A stretch of 64,000 nt of DNA, from assembly GCA_963662795.1 (NCBI GenBank), contig OY759746.1, positions 2,208,001-2,272,000 of the forward strand. The letters run 5' to 3'. The position numbers and the translations under genes were made by a program. Position 1 is the first letter of the stretch. Each line of letters begins with the position of its first letter. The notes beneath the pieces were generated by a model. It saw only the letters and a list, made by a program, of their open reading frames with translations. It had not been told where the DNA came from and made no database searches. This DNA is from Spirochaetia bacterium. GTDB taxonomy: Bacteria; Spirochaetota; Spirochaetia; CADAEX01. Shown here in pieces: positions 48,108 to 59,316 of this stretch.

Positions 48108-48661
48108 ATTATTTAATATTAGGATTCAGAAACGATTGTAAATATTTTATATTTCTAACACTTTAAAAATGGAATAGAGGTTTGTATTTAATTGGACTAA
48201 CCACTAGGCTAAATTGCAGAGGAATTAAAATTTATTTCTGTGATGACAAATTATAATAATAATTTTTAATTTTCAAAACTGAGAATAGCGGTCTTATGAG
48301 TAGGCCTGCGAACAATGAAGTAAATATCATCTTCTTTATACTATTGATTATGAGCTGATTATTTTTGAGCTTTGAAAGAGGAAGAATATCAGAAATACTG
48401 ATCTATACTTTATATAGAATTTTATCAGTGATCTTGTAAGTGATTAGATTATAAGGCAAGAATGAAAAATATTTACAGATAATACAATGACTACATTGTT
48501 TTGCATATCTAAAAGTTATCCAATTTATGATAAAAATTATTTAGTATTATACATTTTGTGATTTTAATGGATAAAACATTTGTGTATAATTGCCCTATAT
48601 ACCGTAAAAATTCAGGTAAAAACCTGTAAAATAGAATGGTTATGCCTAACAGGAGGTCCAG

Positions 48662-50212
48662 GTGGGTAACAAGGAAGCAATGCTGCGTTTTAGAGAGATG
48701 CAGGCTAAAGCATTTGCCGGAGGCGGTGAAGCGAGAGTCGCCTCCCAGCATGAAAAAGGAAAACAGACAGCGCGGGAAAGAATAAATCTTCTCGTAGAAG
48801 AGGGATCTTTTATTGAAGATGGAACATATATTACGGGACGGGCGGATAATTTCGGTCTTGATAAACTCAAATTCCCCGGAGACGGTGTTGTAACCGGCAG
48901 CGGTAAAATCAATGATAAACAGGTTTTCCTGTCGTCACAGGATTTTACAGTTCTCGGAGGATCGCTCGGCGAAATGCATGCGGAGAGGATTGCCTCTGCA
49001 CAGGAGCTTGCGCTTAAAAACGGAACTCCGTTTATCCAGATAAATGACTCCGGCGGAGCAAGAATCCAGGAAGGGATACTCTCTCTCGGCGGATACGGAA
49101 AAATATTCAGGAATAATACAATTTCATCCGGGGTTATTCCCCAGATTTCTGTAATACTCGGCCCCTGTGCCGGAGGAGCTGTTTACTCCCCTGCCATTAC
49201 TGATTTTGTTTTTATGGTAGACGGCATAAGCAACATGTATATTACAGGTCCGGATGTCATCAAGGCGGTAACAGGGGAAGAAATATCCCATGAAGCGCTT
49301 GGCGGAGCTTCTGCCCATTGTGTTAAAAGCGGTGTAGCTCATTTCATGTATAAAACAGAGGAAGACTGTCTTGAGGGCGTAAGAAAGCTTTTAAGCTATC
49401 TTCCGTCAAACAATATGGAAAAACCTCCCTTTGTGCCGTCAGGCGATTCTCCTGACAGGGACACATCAGCCCTTAATGATATCATACCTGAAGAGTCAAA
49501 TAAGTCGTATGACATGAAAGACTGCATTAACGAAGTTTTTGACGAGGGAAGTTTTTTTGAGGTTCATGCCGAATATGCGAAAAGCGTTGTAGTCGGTTTC
49601 GCAAGGCTAAACGGCAGGACAGTAGGTGTATTCGGTAACCAGCCGAAGGTTTTTGCCGCCTCGCTTGATATAAACTCATCAGATAAAGGGGCAAGGTTTG
49701 TAAGGTTCTGCGATTCATTCAATATCCCTATTATAACCTTTGTGGATGTTCCGGGATTTCTTCCTGGTATTGCGCAGGAGCACGGCGGTATAATAAGACA
49801 CGGAGCCAAGATTCTTTACGCGATAGCGGAAGCCACTGTTCCAAAGATCGCGCTTATCATAAGAAAATCATACGGCGGGGCATTTATAGCAATGTCGGCC
49901 AAGCAGCTCGGGTATGACAGGTCAATAGCGTTTCCGTCAGCTGAAATTGCTGTCATGGGAGCTGAAGGGGCGGCGAATGTCATCTTCAGAAAAGAAATCA
50001 ATGCATCAGACGATCCCGCTGCCAAAAGGGCGGAAAAAATTGATGAATTCCGTGAGCAGTTCATGAATCCTTTTGTCGCGGCCGGTTACGGATATGTTGA
50101 TGATGTAATTGACCCGAAGAACACAAGAATTGAGCTTATAAGGTCTCTTGAGATGCATTCAAGGAAAAGGGAAGAGAGGCCGGCCAAGAAGCACGGCAAT
50201 ATTCCTCTGTAG
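48662..50212 (+). CDS. mmdA: Acyl-CoA carboxyltransferase (methylmalonyl-CoA decarboxylase alpha / PccB family)
   Basis: GKQTARERI, GDGVVTG, DFTVLGGSLG, DSGGARIQEG, GPCAGGAVYSPA, DVPGFLPG, KKHGNIPL. Confidence 0.88.
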   Translation: MGNKEAMLRFREMQAKAFAGGGEARVASQHEKGKQTARERINLLVEEGSFIEDGTYITGRADNFGLDKLKFPGDGVVTGSGKINDKQVFLSSQDFTVLGGSLGEMHAERIASAQELALKNGTPFIQINDSGGARIQEGILSLGGYGKIFRNNTISSGVIPQISVILGPCAGGAVYSPAITDFVFMVDGISNMYITGPDVIKAVTGEEISHEALGGASAHCVKSGVAHFMYKTEEDCLEGVRKLLSYLPSNNMEKPPFVPSGDSPDRDTSALNDIIPEESNKSYDMKDCINEVFDEGSFFEVHAEYAKSVVVGFARLNGRTVGVFGNQPKVFAASLDINSSDKGARFVRFCDSFNIPIITFVDVPGFLPGIAQEHGGIIRHGAKILYAIAEATVPKIALIIRKSYGGAFIAMSAKQLGYDRSIAFPSAEIAVMGAEGAANVIFRKEINASDDPAAKRAEKIDEFREQFMNPFVAAGYGYVDDVIDPKNTRIELIRSLEMHSRKREERPAKKHGNIPL

Positions 50213-50231
50213 AAAGAGGGGAGAGGTGATA

Positions 50232-50597
50232 ATGGATATACAGGCGTACAGTTATACAGTTTTATCAAGTATTATCGGGATGGGAATCGTCTTCGCGTTT
50301 TTGGGTTTCCTTTCTCTGCTGATGGTTTTCATAAAGAGGGTTTTTGACAGTCCCGCTTCACCGGCAAACGCTGTAAAAACAAAACCTGCAGATGCCGTGG
50401 CGAACGCTAACGAGGCAGGCAGGGGATCTGAAAACAGCGCAGAGGATAATATGTGGATAATTGCCGCTGTTGCCGCATTCCTTGAAGACGAGGATATGCC
50501 TAAAAGCGCAATGGCATGGCAGCCGGCCGAAAGCGAAAAACATGACCCATGGGTTTCTGTGCCGGGTGTTCAGAGACAACCGTCAAGAGTATTTTAA
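50232..50597 (+). CDS. OadG/MmdD-family anchor subunit of a Na+-translocating decarboxylase
   Basis: GMGIVFAFL TM helix, Ala/Pro linker, IAAVAAF. Confidence 0.8.
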   Translation: MDIQAYSYTVLSSIIGMGIVFAFLGFLSLLMVFIKRVFDSPASPANAVKTKPADAVANANEAGRGSENSAEDNMWIIAAVAAFLEDEDMPKSAMAWQPAESEKHDPWVSVPGVQRQPSRVF

Positions 50598-50672
50598 TAT
50601 ACGGATGACAAACTGAAATTACTTATGGTTTAAGACCTAAAGCAAAGTCCACAGGATTAACGGAGAATTGAT

Positions 50673-51110
50673 ATGAAAAAGAATATAAAATTTGAACTGG
50701 CTGGAAAAAAATACAGCGTTGATGTTGAGAGAGAAGGTGATTCTCTTATTATTGAAAATGAAGGGAAGAGTGTGACGGTAAATCTGCTTGAGGGGGAGAA
50801 AAAAGCGGCAAGACCTAAACCCCGGCCGGTTTCTGCTCCTGCCGTATCAGCAGCACCCGCACCAACAGCTGCTCCAGCTGCCGCTGTGTCTGCAGGCGCA
50901 GGAGATATAGTTGCTCCGATGACAGGAACAATAAAGGAAATAAAGGTTTCCAGGGGTGATAAAGTAAGTGCAGATCAGCTTGTTGTAATAATGGAAGCAA
51001 TGAAAATGGATATTGAAGTGTTTTCACATATATCCGGAACAGTTTCTGATATCTATCTGGCGCCGGGAAGCAGCGTCAAGGAAAATCAGCCTGTTGTTAA
51101 ACTGGCTTAG
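50673..51110 (+). CDS. Biotin carboxyl carrier subunit (MmdC-like)
   Basis: Ala/Pro-rich linker, APMTG, EAMKM biotinylation motif. Confidence 0.92.
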   Translation: MKKNIKFELAGKKYSVDVEREGDSLIIENEGKSVTVNLLEGEKKAARPKPRPVSAPAVSAAPAPTAAPAAAVSAGAGDIVAPMTGTIKEIKVSRGDKVSADQLVVIMEAMKMDIEVFSHISGTVSDIYLAPGSSVKENQPVVKLA

Positions 51111-51121
51111 GGGGGGAATAA

Positions 51122-52237
51122 ATGGGACTTTTACATCTGTTTCAGGAATTCCTTAACAGCACAAGTTTTTCAGTTATAACCTGGAAAGATTATGTGATGA
51201 TAGGTGTCGGATGTGTTTTGCTTTATCTGGCAATTGTCAAAGGCTATGAACCGCTTCTTCTTATTCCGATCGGATTTGGAGCCGTACTTGTCAACATCCC
51301 TCTCGCCGGAATGCTTGATGAGGGGGGGCTGTTAAAATATTTCTACTTCGGGATTGAAGCAGGGATATTTCCCCCGCTTATCTTTATGGGTATAGGTGCA
51401 ATGACCGATTTCGGCCCGCTTCTTGCCAAACCGCAGACGTTTCTTCTCGGGGCCGCTGCCCAGTTCGGGATTTTCGGCACTCTTCTTGGAGCCAAAGCGC
51501 TTGGATTTGATTTCGCGGAATCAGCTTCAATCGCGATTATCGGAGGAGCGGACGGTCCGACAGCAATTTATCTTACATCAAAACTTGCTCCCCATCTTCT
51601 CGGGCCTATAGCTGTTGCCGCATACTCGTATATGGCTCTGGTTCCTTTTATCCAGCCTCCGATAATTAAAGCGCTCACTTCCAAAAATGACAGGAAGATT
51701 GTGATGTCCGAGGTCAGGGAAGTATCAAAAAAGGTAAAGATTATATTTCCGATAGTTACCTGTATTATCGCGTCGCTTGTAATACCGGCGGCAACCCCTC
51801 TTTTAGGTATGCTGATGGTAGGAAACCTTTTCAGGGAATGCGGTGTTGTTGAGAGGCTTTCAAAAACTGCCCAGAATGAACTTATAAACATAGTTACAAT
51901 TTTTCTTGGCCTTTCTGTAGGTTCGAAGATGTCTGCTGAATATTTTCTTACAGCAAAAACACTTATGATTATCGGTCTTGGACTTATCGCATTTTCAGTA
52001 GGAACTGCCTCAGGTGTCCTTCTTGGACAGTTGATGAAAGTCTTTTCCGGCGGCAAAATAAATCCGATGATAGGGGCCGCCGGTGTCTCTGCTGTGCCGA
52101 TGGCTGCGAGAGTAGTTCAGAAAGTAGGGCAGCAGGCAAACCCCAAAAATTTTCTCCTTATGAATGCAATGGGGCCCAATGTCGCAGGAGTTATCGGATC
52201 TGCCGTTGCGGCCGGCGTACTTTTGTCCTTGGCGTGA
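51122..52237 (+). CDS. Na+-translocating decarboxylase beta subunit (OadB/MmdB)
   Basis: [51 protein letters not shown]. Confidence 0.95.
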   Translation: MGLLHLFQEFLNSTSFSVITWKDYVMIGVGCVLLYLAIVKGYEPLLLIPIGFGAVLVNIPLAGMLDEGGLLKYFYFGIEAGIFPPLIFMGIGAMTDFGPLLAKPQTFLLGAAAQFGIFGTLLGAKALGFDFAESASIAIIGGADGPTAIYLTSKLAPHLLGPIAVAAYSYMALVPFIQPPIIKALTSKNDRKIVMSEVREVSKKVKIIFPIVTCIIASLVIPAATPLLGMLMVGNLFRECGVVERLSKTAQNELINIVTIFLGLSVGSKMSAEYFLTAKTLMIIGLGLIAFSVGTASGVLLGQLMKVFSGGKINPMIGAAGVSAVPMAARVVQKVGQQANPKNFLLMNAMGPNVAGVIGSAVAAGVLLSLA

Positions 52238-52266
52238 TCCTCACTTTTTTTCAATATTTTCACTTT

Positions 52267-52303
52267 TTTCCTGCTGTCTCCCTATAAGGGGGACGGCAGG
52301 AAA
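52267..52303. terminator. Hairpin terminator after the decarboxylase operon
   Basis: tttcctgctgtctcc-ctataa-gggggacggcaggaaa inverted repeat. Confidence 0.6.
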
Positions 52304-52427
52304 TCTTAATCTTACATCGTTCGTAAAAAAGCATTGTGTTGCAAAGAGATAATAAAAACTGTACAGCATATAACGGGAAAACTGATAGCAAGGGGTTTTA
52401 AAATGTATCCGGAGCCATACCCGTAGA

Positions 52428-52752
52428 ATGGGAGTAATTAACCTATATTTATCCATTAACCGGAAAAAGCATATTGATGATTTAAAAAACAAAATGGAAA
52501 AGTATGTTTTACCGGATAAAGAGTTTTCCGGTAAAACGCTTTCTGATATTACCAGGGGCGACATAATTGATCTGATGCAAAGGCTTGCCCGGGAACCCTC
52601 TGATAAAATACCTGGGCGGGACAGATAAAAACAGGGATACGCAGGCGTTCTATACACATATTAAATCTGAGAATCTTGTAATTGTCGCGGATAAGATCGA
52701 TGATATCTACAGTGGAAAGAGTAATGTAATCCAGTTTGAGAAGAATGTCTGA
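52428..52752 (+). pseudogene. Internally deleted tyrosine recombinase / integrase remnant
   Basis: N-terminal core-binding-like piece (KYVLPDKEF...LSDITRGDIIDLMQRL) joined out of frame to the C-terminal TQAFYTHIKSENL...VADKID* (catalytic-Tyr YTH motif at 52651). Confidence 0.6.
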
Positions 52753-53051
52753 ATAGTAACGTCCATTCCCCCAGTTGATAATCAAAGGGAATCAACAGCA
52801 TTACTAAAAATATACCAAAAAAAATTCTCTGAATATACAAAAAAACTCAATTTAAATAATCTAATAATTGCAAAATCCATGAAAATAATAATTGACAATA
52901 TTCAAAATATTCTAATGAAATGATTAAAGAAAAAAAGTTGGAAATAAGAAATGTTTTACAACTAGACCTTAATAAATAATAATACAGTTTAAATATTTAT
53001 TCAGTAATAAAAATAATAGAGTATTTAATATATTCATAGGGGTTAATTTAA

Positions 53052-54155
53052 TTGATAAATTCCATACTCAATTCAATGAAGGATATACCTAATTTATCTA
53101 AAACACGGATAAATCAAAAGTCTTTGATGATTCTTTTAGAATCATCATCATTGAGAATTATCATAACTGATAATACGGGGCAAGTTGTATATGTTAACTG
53201 GAATTTTGCCTTAAGCCTTGGATATACAAGGGAGGAATTGTGCAGTCGTCGTTTTCAAGATATAACTGTTTCAACTTATCTTCCGGAAAATATAAATAAA
53301 TTTCAGAATATTATAAACAAACGGTCTGATTCATATTATATGGAAAAACAATTAATAAAAAAAAATGGTCAGATTATCAATGTCAGAATTGATGCTTTTC
53401 CTTTTTTTTTAGATATGAATGATTCAATACATGTGATTGGATTTTTTCAAGATTGTACTTCTTCTGTTGAAAATGATAAGATAACAATAAATACTGAACT
53501 GGATAAAAAATACAATGAAATGCCACTAGGAATTTTAGTTTGTGATAAAGATAAATGTATTGTATATGGGAATAAGTTCGCTGCTGATTTTCTTGGATTC
53601 TCAGAAAAGGAAATGGAAAAACTTCCTCTGGAAAAAATCTTAGATATTAATCAAAATAAAAAAATATTTTCTGAGATGATGCAAAAAAAAATTTTTGATA
53701 AAAAATTAATATTACAGGACAAGAATCGTTTTTCTCTTTTTGTTCATGCACAAATATTTATTTATCCGGCAAATATAATTAATAATGAATATTTTTTTAC
53801 AATTATCTTTCAGGATAATCATTATATTAACAATAAAAATAATAAAGATTTTCGGGAGAATATGCTTTTCAGTGACTTAGAAAAAGTAAGAGAATCAATT
53901 AACTCATTTTTAGAAGATTTTATGGATAAACGGCAATCACACACAATTATTAATCTTGATGATTATAACATTACTAATCGGGAGAGAACAGTACTTGCTT
54001 TAATCCTAGAAAGAAAAACAACAAAAGAAATTGCCTATAATTTAGGGTTAGCTGAAATAACCATAAGAAAATATTTAACAAGTTTATATCAAAAATTAAA
54101 AGTTAGTGGAAGGGAAGATCTATTATTTTTACTTCTTGGAAAAACAATAGAATAG
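53052..54155 (+). CDS. PAS-PAS-LuxR(HTH) transcriptional regulator
   Basis: PAS motifs (IIITDNTGQVVYVN...LGYTREEL; GILVCDKD..IVYGN) and C-terminal ITNRERTVL...TKEIAYNLGLAEITIRKYL. Confidence 0.82.
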   Translation: MINSILNSMKDIPNLSKTRINQKSLMILLESSSLRIIITDNTGQVVYVNWNFALSLGYTREELCSRRFQDITVSTYLPENINKFQNIINKRSDSYYMEKQLIKKNGQIINVRIDAFPFFLDMNDSIHVIGFFQDCTSSVENDKITINTELDKKYNEMPLGILVCDKDKCIVYGNKFAADFLGFSEKEMEKLPLEKILDINQNKKIFSEMMQKKIFDKKLILQDKNRFSLFVHAQIFIYPANIINNEYFFTIIFQDNHYINNKNNKDFRENMLFSDLEKVRESINSFLEDFMDKRQSHTIINLDDYNITNRERTVLALILERKTTKEIAYNLGLAEITIRKYLTSLYQKLKVSGREDLLFLLLGKTIE

Positions 54156-54224
54156 TAGTTTTTTATTTGATATAAAAAATATTTTAAAATACTTTAACTT
54201 TATCGGGTATTTGATATTACTCGT

Positions 54225-54848
54225 CTAAAATAAAAATAATTGTGATTCTTCTGGATGACTTATTTTTTCCTGCCAGTATTTTCTTTCATCCCTCTCCACG
54301 GCTTTTGTCTTATGGGAATGAATGTAACGCAGAATAACATCCATATTTTTTGTATTGAAATAGATAATCCGCCCCCTGTTCCCTCCCAAGTCCACAGCGT
54401 CTAAAAATATTTTCTCAGTTTTCAGAAATTCAATAATGAATTTCTGATTAATATCAGATATTTTAAAAAAATCATCTTTTTCATCAAAATCAAGGACTGC
54501 AGCTCCTCCGAAAACTTTTGCCCTTATCTGTGAGCGTATGGCTCCCTTCTTCATCATATCATTGATTAAAAGCTCCATTGAATTAATGCCGTACCTTCCC
54601 GCTTCGCAGAGCAGAAGAGGAGGATGAGCCTTTGGATAGCGGGGAGCTGCCAGCAGAAAATGATTCATACCTGCCACTGAATTTTCCCGATCATAAAGAC
54701 AGGCTGAAACGCAGGACCCCAAAAGAGTCTGGATTATTAAAGGCTTTGATGAACAATAGAATTCTCCTGGGTGAATTACAAAAAGATCAAGATCTGAAGG
54801 CAGATGTTTAAGTGAATGTTTTAAAAAATTACTTCGATTGATAATCAT
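54225..54848 (-). CDS. cheD: Chemoreceptor glutamine deamidase CheD
   Basis: PGEFY, TLLGSCVSACL, GMNHFLL, RYG, AKVFGGA, DLGGNRGR. Confidence 0.93.
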   Translation of the reverse strand: MIINRSNFLKHSLKHLPSDLDLFVIHPGEFYCSSKPLIIQTLLGSCVSACLYDRENSVAGMNHFLLAAPRYPKAHPPLLLCEAGRYGINSMELLINDMMKKGAIRSQIRAKVFGGAAVLDFDEKDDFFKISDINQKFIIEFLKTEKIFLDAVDLGGNRGRIIYFNTKNMDVILRYIHSHKTKAVERDERKYWQEKISHPEESQLFLF

Positions 54849-54858
54849 GTATTAATTA

Positions 54859-55920
54859 TTACGTACTTGATAATTTATTACGAACATATTCAGGTATATC
54901 TTTTAGTGGGAGGACACAATCAGATGCTCCCAGATTAATTGCTTCCTTTGGCATTCCCCATACAATAGAGGAAGCCTCATCCTGCGCAATTGTATAACCG
55001 CCGGCATTCTTTATCTTAAGCAATCCCTGTGCCCCATCCTTTCCCATTCCCGTGAGAAGAATGCCAATGCAGTTCCGTCCTGCCTGTATAGCAACGGATT
55101 CAAACATGGTATCTACTGCAGGCCGCTGGTTGCATACTTTCGGGCCGGAAACGATTCTTAAAGTTCTTTCAGTACCTTGAGTCCTGAGAAGCATATGGTA
55201 ATTCCCAGGAGCGATGTAAATTGTTCCTGAAAGAAGTCGTTCCCCGTTTTCTGCTTCTTTCACCATCACCTGACATATATCATTCAACCGGGACGCAAAA
55301 GTCGCGGTAAACCTTTCTGGCATATGTATCACTACCAGAGTGGGAGGGAAATCCGGATACCAGTTTTTAAATATTTCTTCGAGGGCAATAGTTCCCCCTG
55401 TGGAAGCTCCAACCGCAATCAGTTGATTAGTTGTTTTAAGTGTTGCCAGATAACTCTTTTGTCCCTTTTTTCCTGTTACAGCTGTTTCCTGCAGTTTTTT
55501 TGAATTGGCCTGGAGTTTCGAAAGATCAACTTCATTGGCAGAGATAATTCGATCTATTAGAATATCAACTACTTCCTCTATACTGAAAGGTCCACCCGGT
55601 TTGGGAACCACGTCCACAGCTCCCAATTCCAGGGCTTCCATGGCAGCCTTACTGGAAGATTTTGCCAGTGAAGAGACAATTATGACCGGTTTGGGATAAT
55701 ATTTCATTAACTGCCGGAGAAATGTCAATCCGTCCATTCTGGGCATTTCAATATCAAGAGTAATAACATCAACATCAGTTTTTTCAAGCTTATCCCGCGC
55801 AACATAGGGATCAATTGCGCTTCCCACAACTTCGATTCTTGGATCCCTGGAAAGCTTTTCCGTAAGGATCTCACGAACAATTGCTGAGTCATCCACTATC
55901 AGCACTTTAATTTTACTCAT
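54859..55920 (-). CDS. cheB: Chemotaxis methylesterase CheB (REC + methylesterase)
   Basis: VDDSA, TLDIEMPRMDG, GASTGG, HMP, RPAVD, TGMGKDGA. Confidence 0.95.
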   Translation of the reverse strand: MSKIKVLIVDDSAIVREILTEKLSRDPRIEVVGSAIDPYVARDKLEKTDVDVITLDIEMPRMDGLTFLRQLMKYYPKPVIIVSSLAKSSSKAAMEALELGAVDVVPKPGGPFSIEEVVDILIDRIISANEVDLSKLQANSKKLQETAVTGKKGQKSYLATLKTTNQLIAVGASTGGTIALEEIFKNWYPDFPPTLVVIHMPERFTATFASRLNDICQVMVKEAENGERLLSGTIYIAPGNYHMLLRTQGTERTLRIVSGPKVCNQRPAVDTMFESVAIQAGRNCIGILLTGMGKDGAQGLLKIKNAGGYTIAQDEASSIVWGMPKEAINLGASDCVLPLKDIPEYVRNKLSST

Positions 55921-55924
55921 AAAT

Positions 55925-56728
55925 TCAAACCGTCCTTATAAACATGGAATGGCCCATTTTCTTAAGCTGTGGAGGGGGATTTAAAAGTGCTTCCGTATGT
56001 CCCACAAACAATAGCCCGCCAATTTTTAAATTATGAACCAGATTATCAATGACCTGTTGTCGACCCGAATCATCAAAATAAATCATTACATTGCGGCAAA
56101 AAATATAGTCAAATAATTCACTGAACCTTATATCTTCAAATAAATTCAGCTTTTTAATCCTGAGGTATTGCCTGAGTTCTTTTCTTATTTGATAGGAATC
56201 ATTATCACGTTTCTGAAAATATTTGAGGATATGGGCACGTGAGGTATTTGAAAACTTACCGGAAGAATAAACTCCCTTGTTCATTACCTTGAGGACCTGA
56301 GCATTCACATCAGAGCTGACTATCGTAAAATCTTCGATTCCCTTCTCCAGAAGCGTGATGGCAATGGAATAAGGTTCCTCTCCAGTAGAACTTGCAGCGC
56401 ACCAGATTAATGGTGCCTCAGTCTTTTTCTTAGTTATTTCTTCAGAGAGAATTTCAAAATGAGATTCTTCCCGGAAAAAAAATGTATGACCTACCGTAAT
56501 CGTTTTAAGCAACAGGTCCACTGCTGGCGGATAACCTCTTGAAACCTGATCATAAAAGTCCCACAGATTCCCTGTAATAGCAGATAGCTTGTCGAGTTTG
56601 GCTTTTAAAAGGTAAAGCTTTAACGAGTCATAGTATATACCATAGTTGCGGTAAATCAGTTCGCTATACTTTGAAAGAAGCTCCCTACTTACAGGTTCCG
56701 ATTTATTGTTTTCAGGAGCTTTAAACAT
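55925..56728 (-). CDS. cheR: Chemotaxis methyltransferase CheR
   Basis: TFFFREESHF, IWCAASSTGEEPYSIA, IFCRNVMIYFD, GHTE. Confidence 0.95.
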   Translation of the reverse strand: MFKAPENNKSEPVSRELLSKYSELIYRNYGIYYDSLKLYLLKAKLDKLSAITGNLWDFYDQVSRGYPPAVDLLLKTITVGHTFFFREESHFEILSEEITKKKTEAPLIWCAASSTGEEPYSIAITLLEKGIEDFTIVSSDVNAQVLKVMNKGVYSSGKFSNTSRAHILKYFQKRDNDSYQIRKELRQYLRIKKLNLFEDIRFSELFDYIFCRNVMIYFDDSGRQQVIDNLVHNLKIGGLLFVGHTEALLNPPPQLKKMGHSMFIRTV

Positions 56729-58407
56729 TATTTATCATCCACATCCTGAAATTCTTCATCGTCATCCAGCGGGATTCTGTAATTCTTACTTTCATTATTA
56801 GCCGAAATAGCCAGCCTCTCCTGATTTTTAGGTAACTGATACATACGGCCTCCCTTGGAAATTAACCCCTGAGTGCTTTTTATTTTATCAGATTCACTCC
56901 GTTTGGATTTAGGAGCGGATTTCTTCATTGAAACTGCAGACTGGTTAACAGCTCCCATCACCAGAACAGACAGTTCTGTAACCATCTCATTCAGGCCTTC
57001 CACCTGGGATTTAAGCTCTTCCGCTGCGCTGGCTGTCTCTTCAGAACTTGCCGCATTCTGCTGAACAACAGTGTCAAACTGGATAATTGCAGTGTTTGTC
57101 TGGCTGATTCCCATGTCCTGCTGACGGCTTGCCGTCTCAACCTCTTTAGTCATCTCGTTTACCTTTTTGGAGTTGGTAGTAATTTCCTTAAAAACTTCAG
57201 CCAGTTCGTTTGCAAGATTGAGGCCTTCCTGGCTTTTCTGCAGTGAAGTCTTGATCATCTGGGCAGTCTCCTTGGCGCTGGAAGCACTCCTGTTGGCCAG
57301 ATTTTTTACCTCATCGGCAACAACTGCAAATCCCAGGCCCGCTTCCCCGGCCCGCGCTGCTTCAACCGCAGCGTTTAATGCCAGCATATTTGTCTGAAAG
57401 GCAATGTCATCAATCACATCGATAACAGCGCTGATATCGTCAGCAGATTTACCGATCTCGGTCATTGCTATCAGCATTTTATCCATCTGCTCCGATCCCT
57501 GAACTGAAGCATCAGAACTCTTGGCTGCAAGAAGACTTGCCTCCTTGGCGTTTTCCACATTCTGTTTTACCATGGATGCCAATTCCTCCATGGAACTTGT
57601 AGTCTCTTCGATTCCGGAGGCCTGTTCTGTTGCCCCGCTTGCTATCTGCTGGGCACTGACCGAAAGCTGATTGGAAGCGTTTCCTATCTGATCCGATCCG
57701 TTGGTCAGAGAATCAACTATCCGCAATATCGGCTTTGTTATAGACCGGGAAAGGATAATCCCGAGAATTATAGCCAGAAGAAAGCCGGCGCAGACAGCTA
57801 TCATTATAATCTTTTCCATCAAACCAATTGATGAAACTGCAATGGCTGTTTGTTCATCTGCATAATACTTTCTCACATACTCAACAAGATTCCGTAGACT
57901 CTCAGATATAATTTCAATATTTGTGTTCACTTCATTAAGATAAAAAGCATCTGTCAGAGTTTTACCGTAGGTAATCTCATCCATCCCCTGAGCTCTGCTG
58001 TCCTGCGCCTGTTTGATAAACAGATTATTGTATTTGCTAGCATTTTCTAATTTAAGGCGATAATCCTTGTAAAGTTTTGTTTCTTCCTCAGTTTTTGCAG
58101 TTTTTTCATACTCGCTGAGGAAACCAAGCATTTCAGTCCTCGCTGTATTGATGTTATTTATATGATATTCAAATCTGTTCTGAGGTATAAATGGTGAGGT
58201 TAAGATACTCAGACTTCCGCTGATTCTCTCTGTCCGGATAAAAACACTGTTCAGATTTTGAATATTGGGTATGGTACTATCAGCTAAATTTCTAAGATTA
58301 TTAGACGCTATTTGAATACCCCAAAAACCTACAGAACCCACTGCCAGTGTGATTACTCCAACTACTAAAAAACCGGTTATCAATTTTACAGACAGACTAA
58401 ATTTCAT
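56728..58407 (-). CDS. Methyl-accepting chemotaxis protein (four-helix-bundle-type periplasmic sensor)
   Basis: Two TM helices around a helical sensor; [40 protein letters not shown]. Confidence 0.95.
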   Translation of the reverse strand: MKFSLSVKLITGFLVVGVITLAVGSVGFWGIQIASNNLRNLADSTIPNIQNLNSVFIRTERISGSLSILTSPFIPQNRFEYHINNINTARTEMLGFLSEYEKTAKTEEETKLYKDYRLKLENASKYNNLFIKQAQDSRAQGMDEITYGKTLTDAFYLNEVNTNIEIISESLRNLVEYVRKYYADEQTAIAVSSIGLMEKIIMIAVCAGFLLAIILGIILSRSITKPILRIVDSLTNGSDQIGNASNQLSVSAQQIASGATEQASGIEETTSSMEELASMVKQNVENAKEASLLAAKSSDASVQGSEQMDKMLIAMTEIGKSADDISAVIDVIDDIAFQTNMLALNAAVEAARAGEAGLGFAVVADEVKNLANRSASSAKETAQMIKTSLQKSQEGLNLANELAEVFKEITTNSKKVNEMTKEVETASRQQDMGISQTNTAIIQFDTVVQQNAASSEETASAAEELKSQVEGLNEMVTELSVLVMGAVNQSAVSMKKSAPKSKRSESDKIKSTQGLISKGGRMYQLPKNQERLAISANNESKNYRIPLDDDEEFQDVDDK

Positions 58408-58925
58408 TTTTCACTCCTTTCATTTGTCGCGCATTTAGATGCGACTTTTTTTATTTGTACAAACTCTTCATCATTGAGAATCTTGATGACATCAAGTATG
58501 ATTTTCATTCCCTCAGGAGTATCAGCAACTCCTTTTATGTACTCTGCCTTGACCTTGGAATTGATGTACGGCAAAGGATTAATCTTCTCTTCCGGTATGG
58601 GAATTACTTCATGGATTGCATCAACCACAAGTCCCATAAGCATCATGTCTCCATCCAGACTAACTTCAACAACTATAATGGTTGTCCTCTTGTGGTATTC
58701 ATTAAACGGAAGGCCGAATTTAAGTCTCAGATCAATAATAGGAATAATCTGTCCCCTGAGGTTGATCACCCCACGTATAAAATCCGGGGTCTGGGGCAAG
58801 GGTGTGATATCTGTCATACCCATCAGTTCCTTGACCTTAAGAATCTCCATGCAGTAACTTTCACCAGCCAGGGTAAAGTTCATAAAACGCGAACCTGCTG
58901 AAGTTCTTCTTCTGCTGTTCTCCAT
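58404..58925 (-). CDS. cheW: Chemotaxis adaptor CheW
   Basis: [43 protein letters not shown]. Confidence 0.95.
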   Translation of the reverse strand: MENSRRRTSAGSRFMNFTLAGESYCMEILKVKELMGMTDITPLPQTPDFIRGVINLRGQIIPIIDLRLKFGLPFNEYHKRTTIIVVEVSLDGDMMLMGLVVDAIHEVIPIPEEKINPLPYINSKVKAEYIKGVADTPEGMKIILDVIKILNDEEFVQIKKVASKCATNERSEK

Positions 58926-58947
58926 AATTTTCTCCTTATTCAATTTT

Positions 58948-59304
58948 TCAGATAAGCTTTTTGATTGCCCCCAGAAGCCTATCAGGCTCACATGGCTTAA
59001 CAATCCAGCCGGATGCCCCCAACTCCCGTCCTTTTTGCTTTAGTTCTTCCTTTGTCTCAGTTGTGAGCATAAGTATCGGTGTGGATGTGTAAGAAGGTAA
59101 TTGCCTGATTTCATCAAGCAGGGTTATACCATCCATTTCAGGCATATTGACATCCAGCAAAAAAAGATCAACCTGCTGAGAGTTCAGTTTTTCCAGTGCC
59201 CTGACTCCATTTTCTGCCTCAATAACAGTATATTCTCCAACTAAAGCGTTTTTTAATATGTTTCTTATAGAAGTAGAATCATCAACGAGCATTATGGTTT
59301 TCAT
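58948..59304 (-). CDS. cheY: CheY-like single-domain response regulator
   Basis: VDDS, LLDVNMPEMDG, TPILMLTTE, GASGWIVKP. Confidence 0.9.
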   Translation of the reverse strand: MKTIMLVDDSTSIRNILKNALVGEYTVIEAENGVRALEKLNSQQVDLFLLDVNMPEMDGITLLDEIRQLPSYTSTPILMLTTETKEELKQKGRELGASGWIVKPCEPDRLLGAIKKLI

Positions 59305-59316
59305 AAAAATCCCTCC

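Noticed and set aside
48108-48660. Riboswitch or sRNA in the long AT-rich gap before the decarboxylase operon
   Set aside because: No recognisable aptamer consensus or stable GC-rich structure; an Infernal/Rfam scan would be needed.
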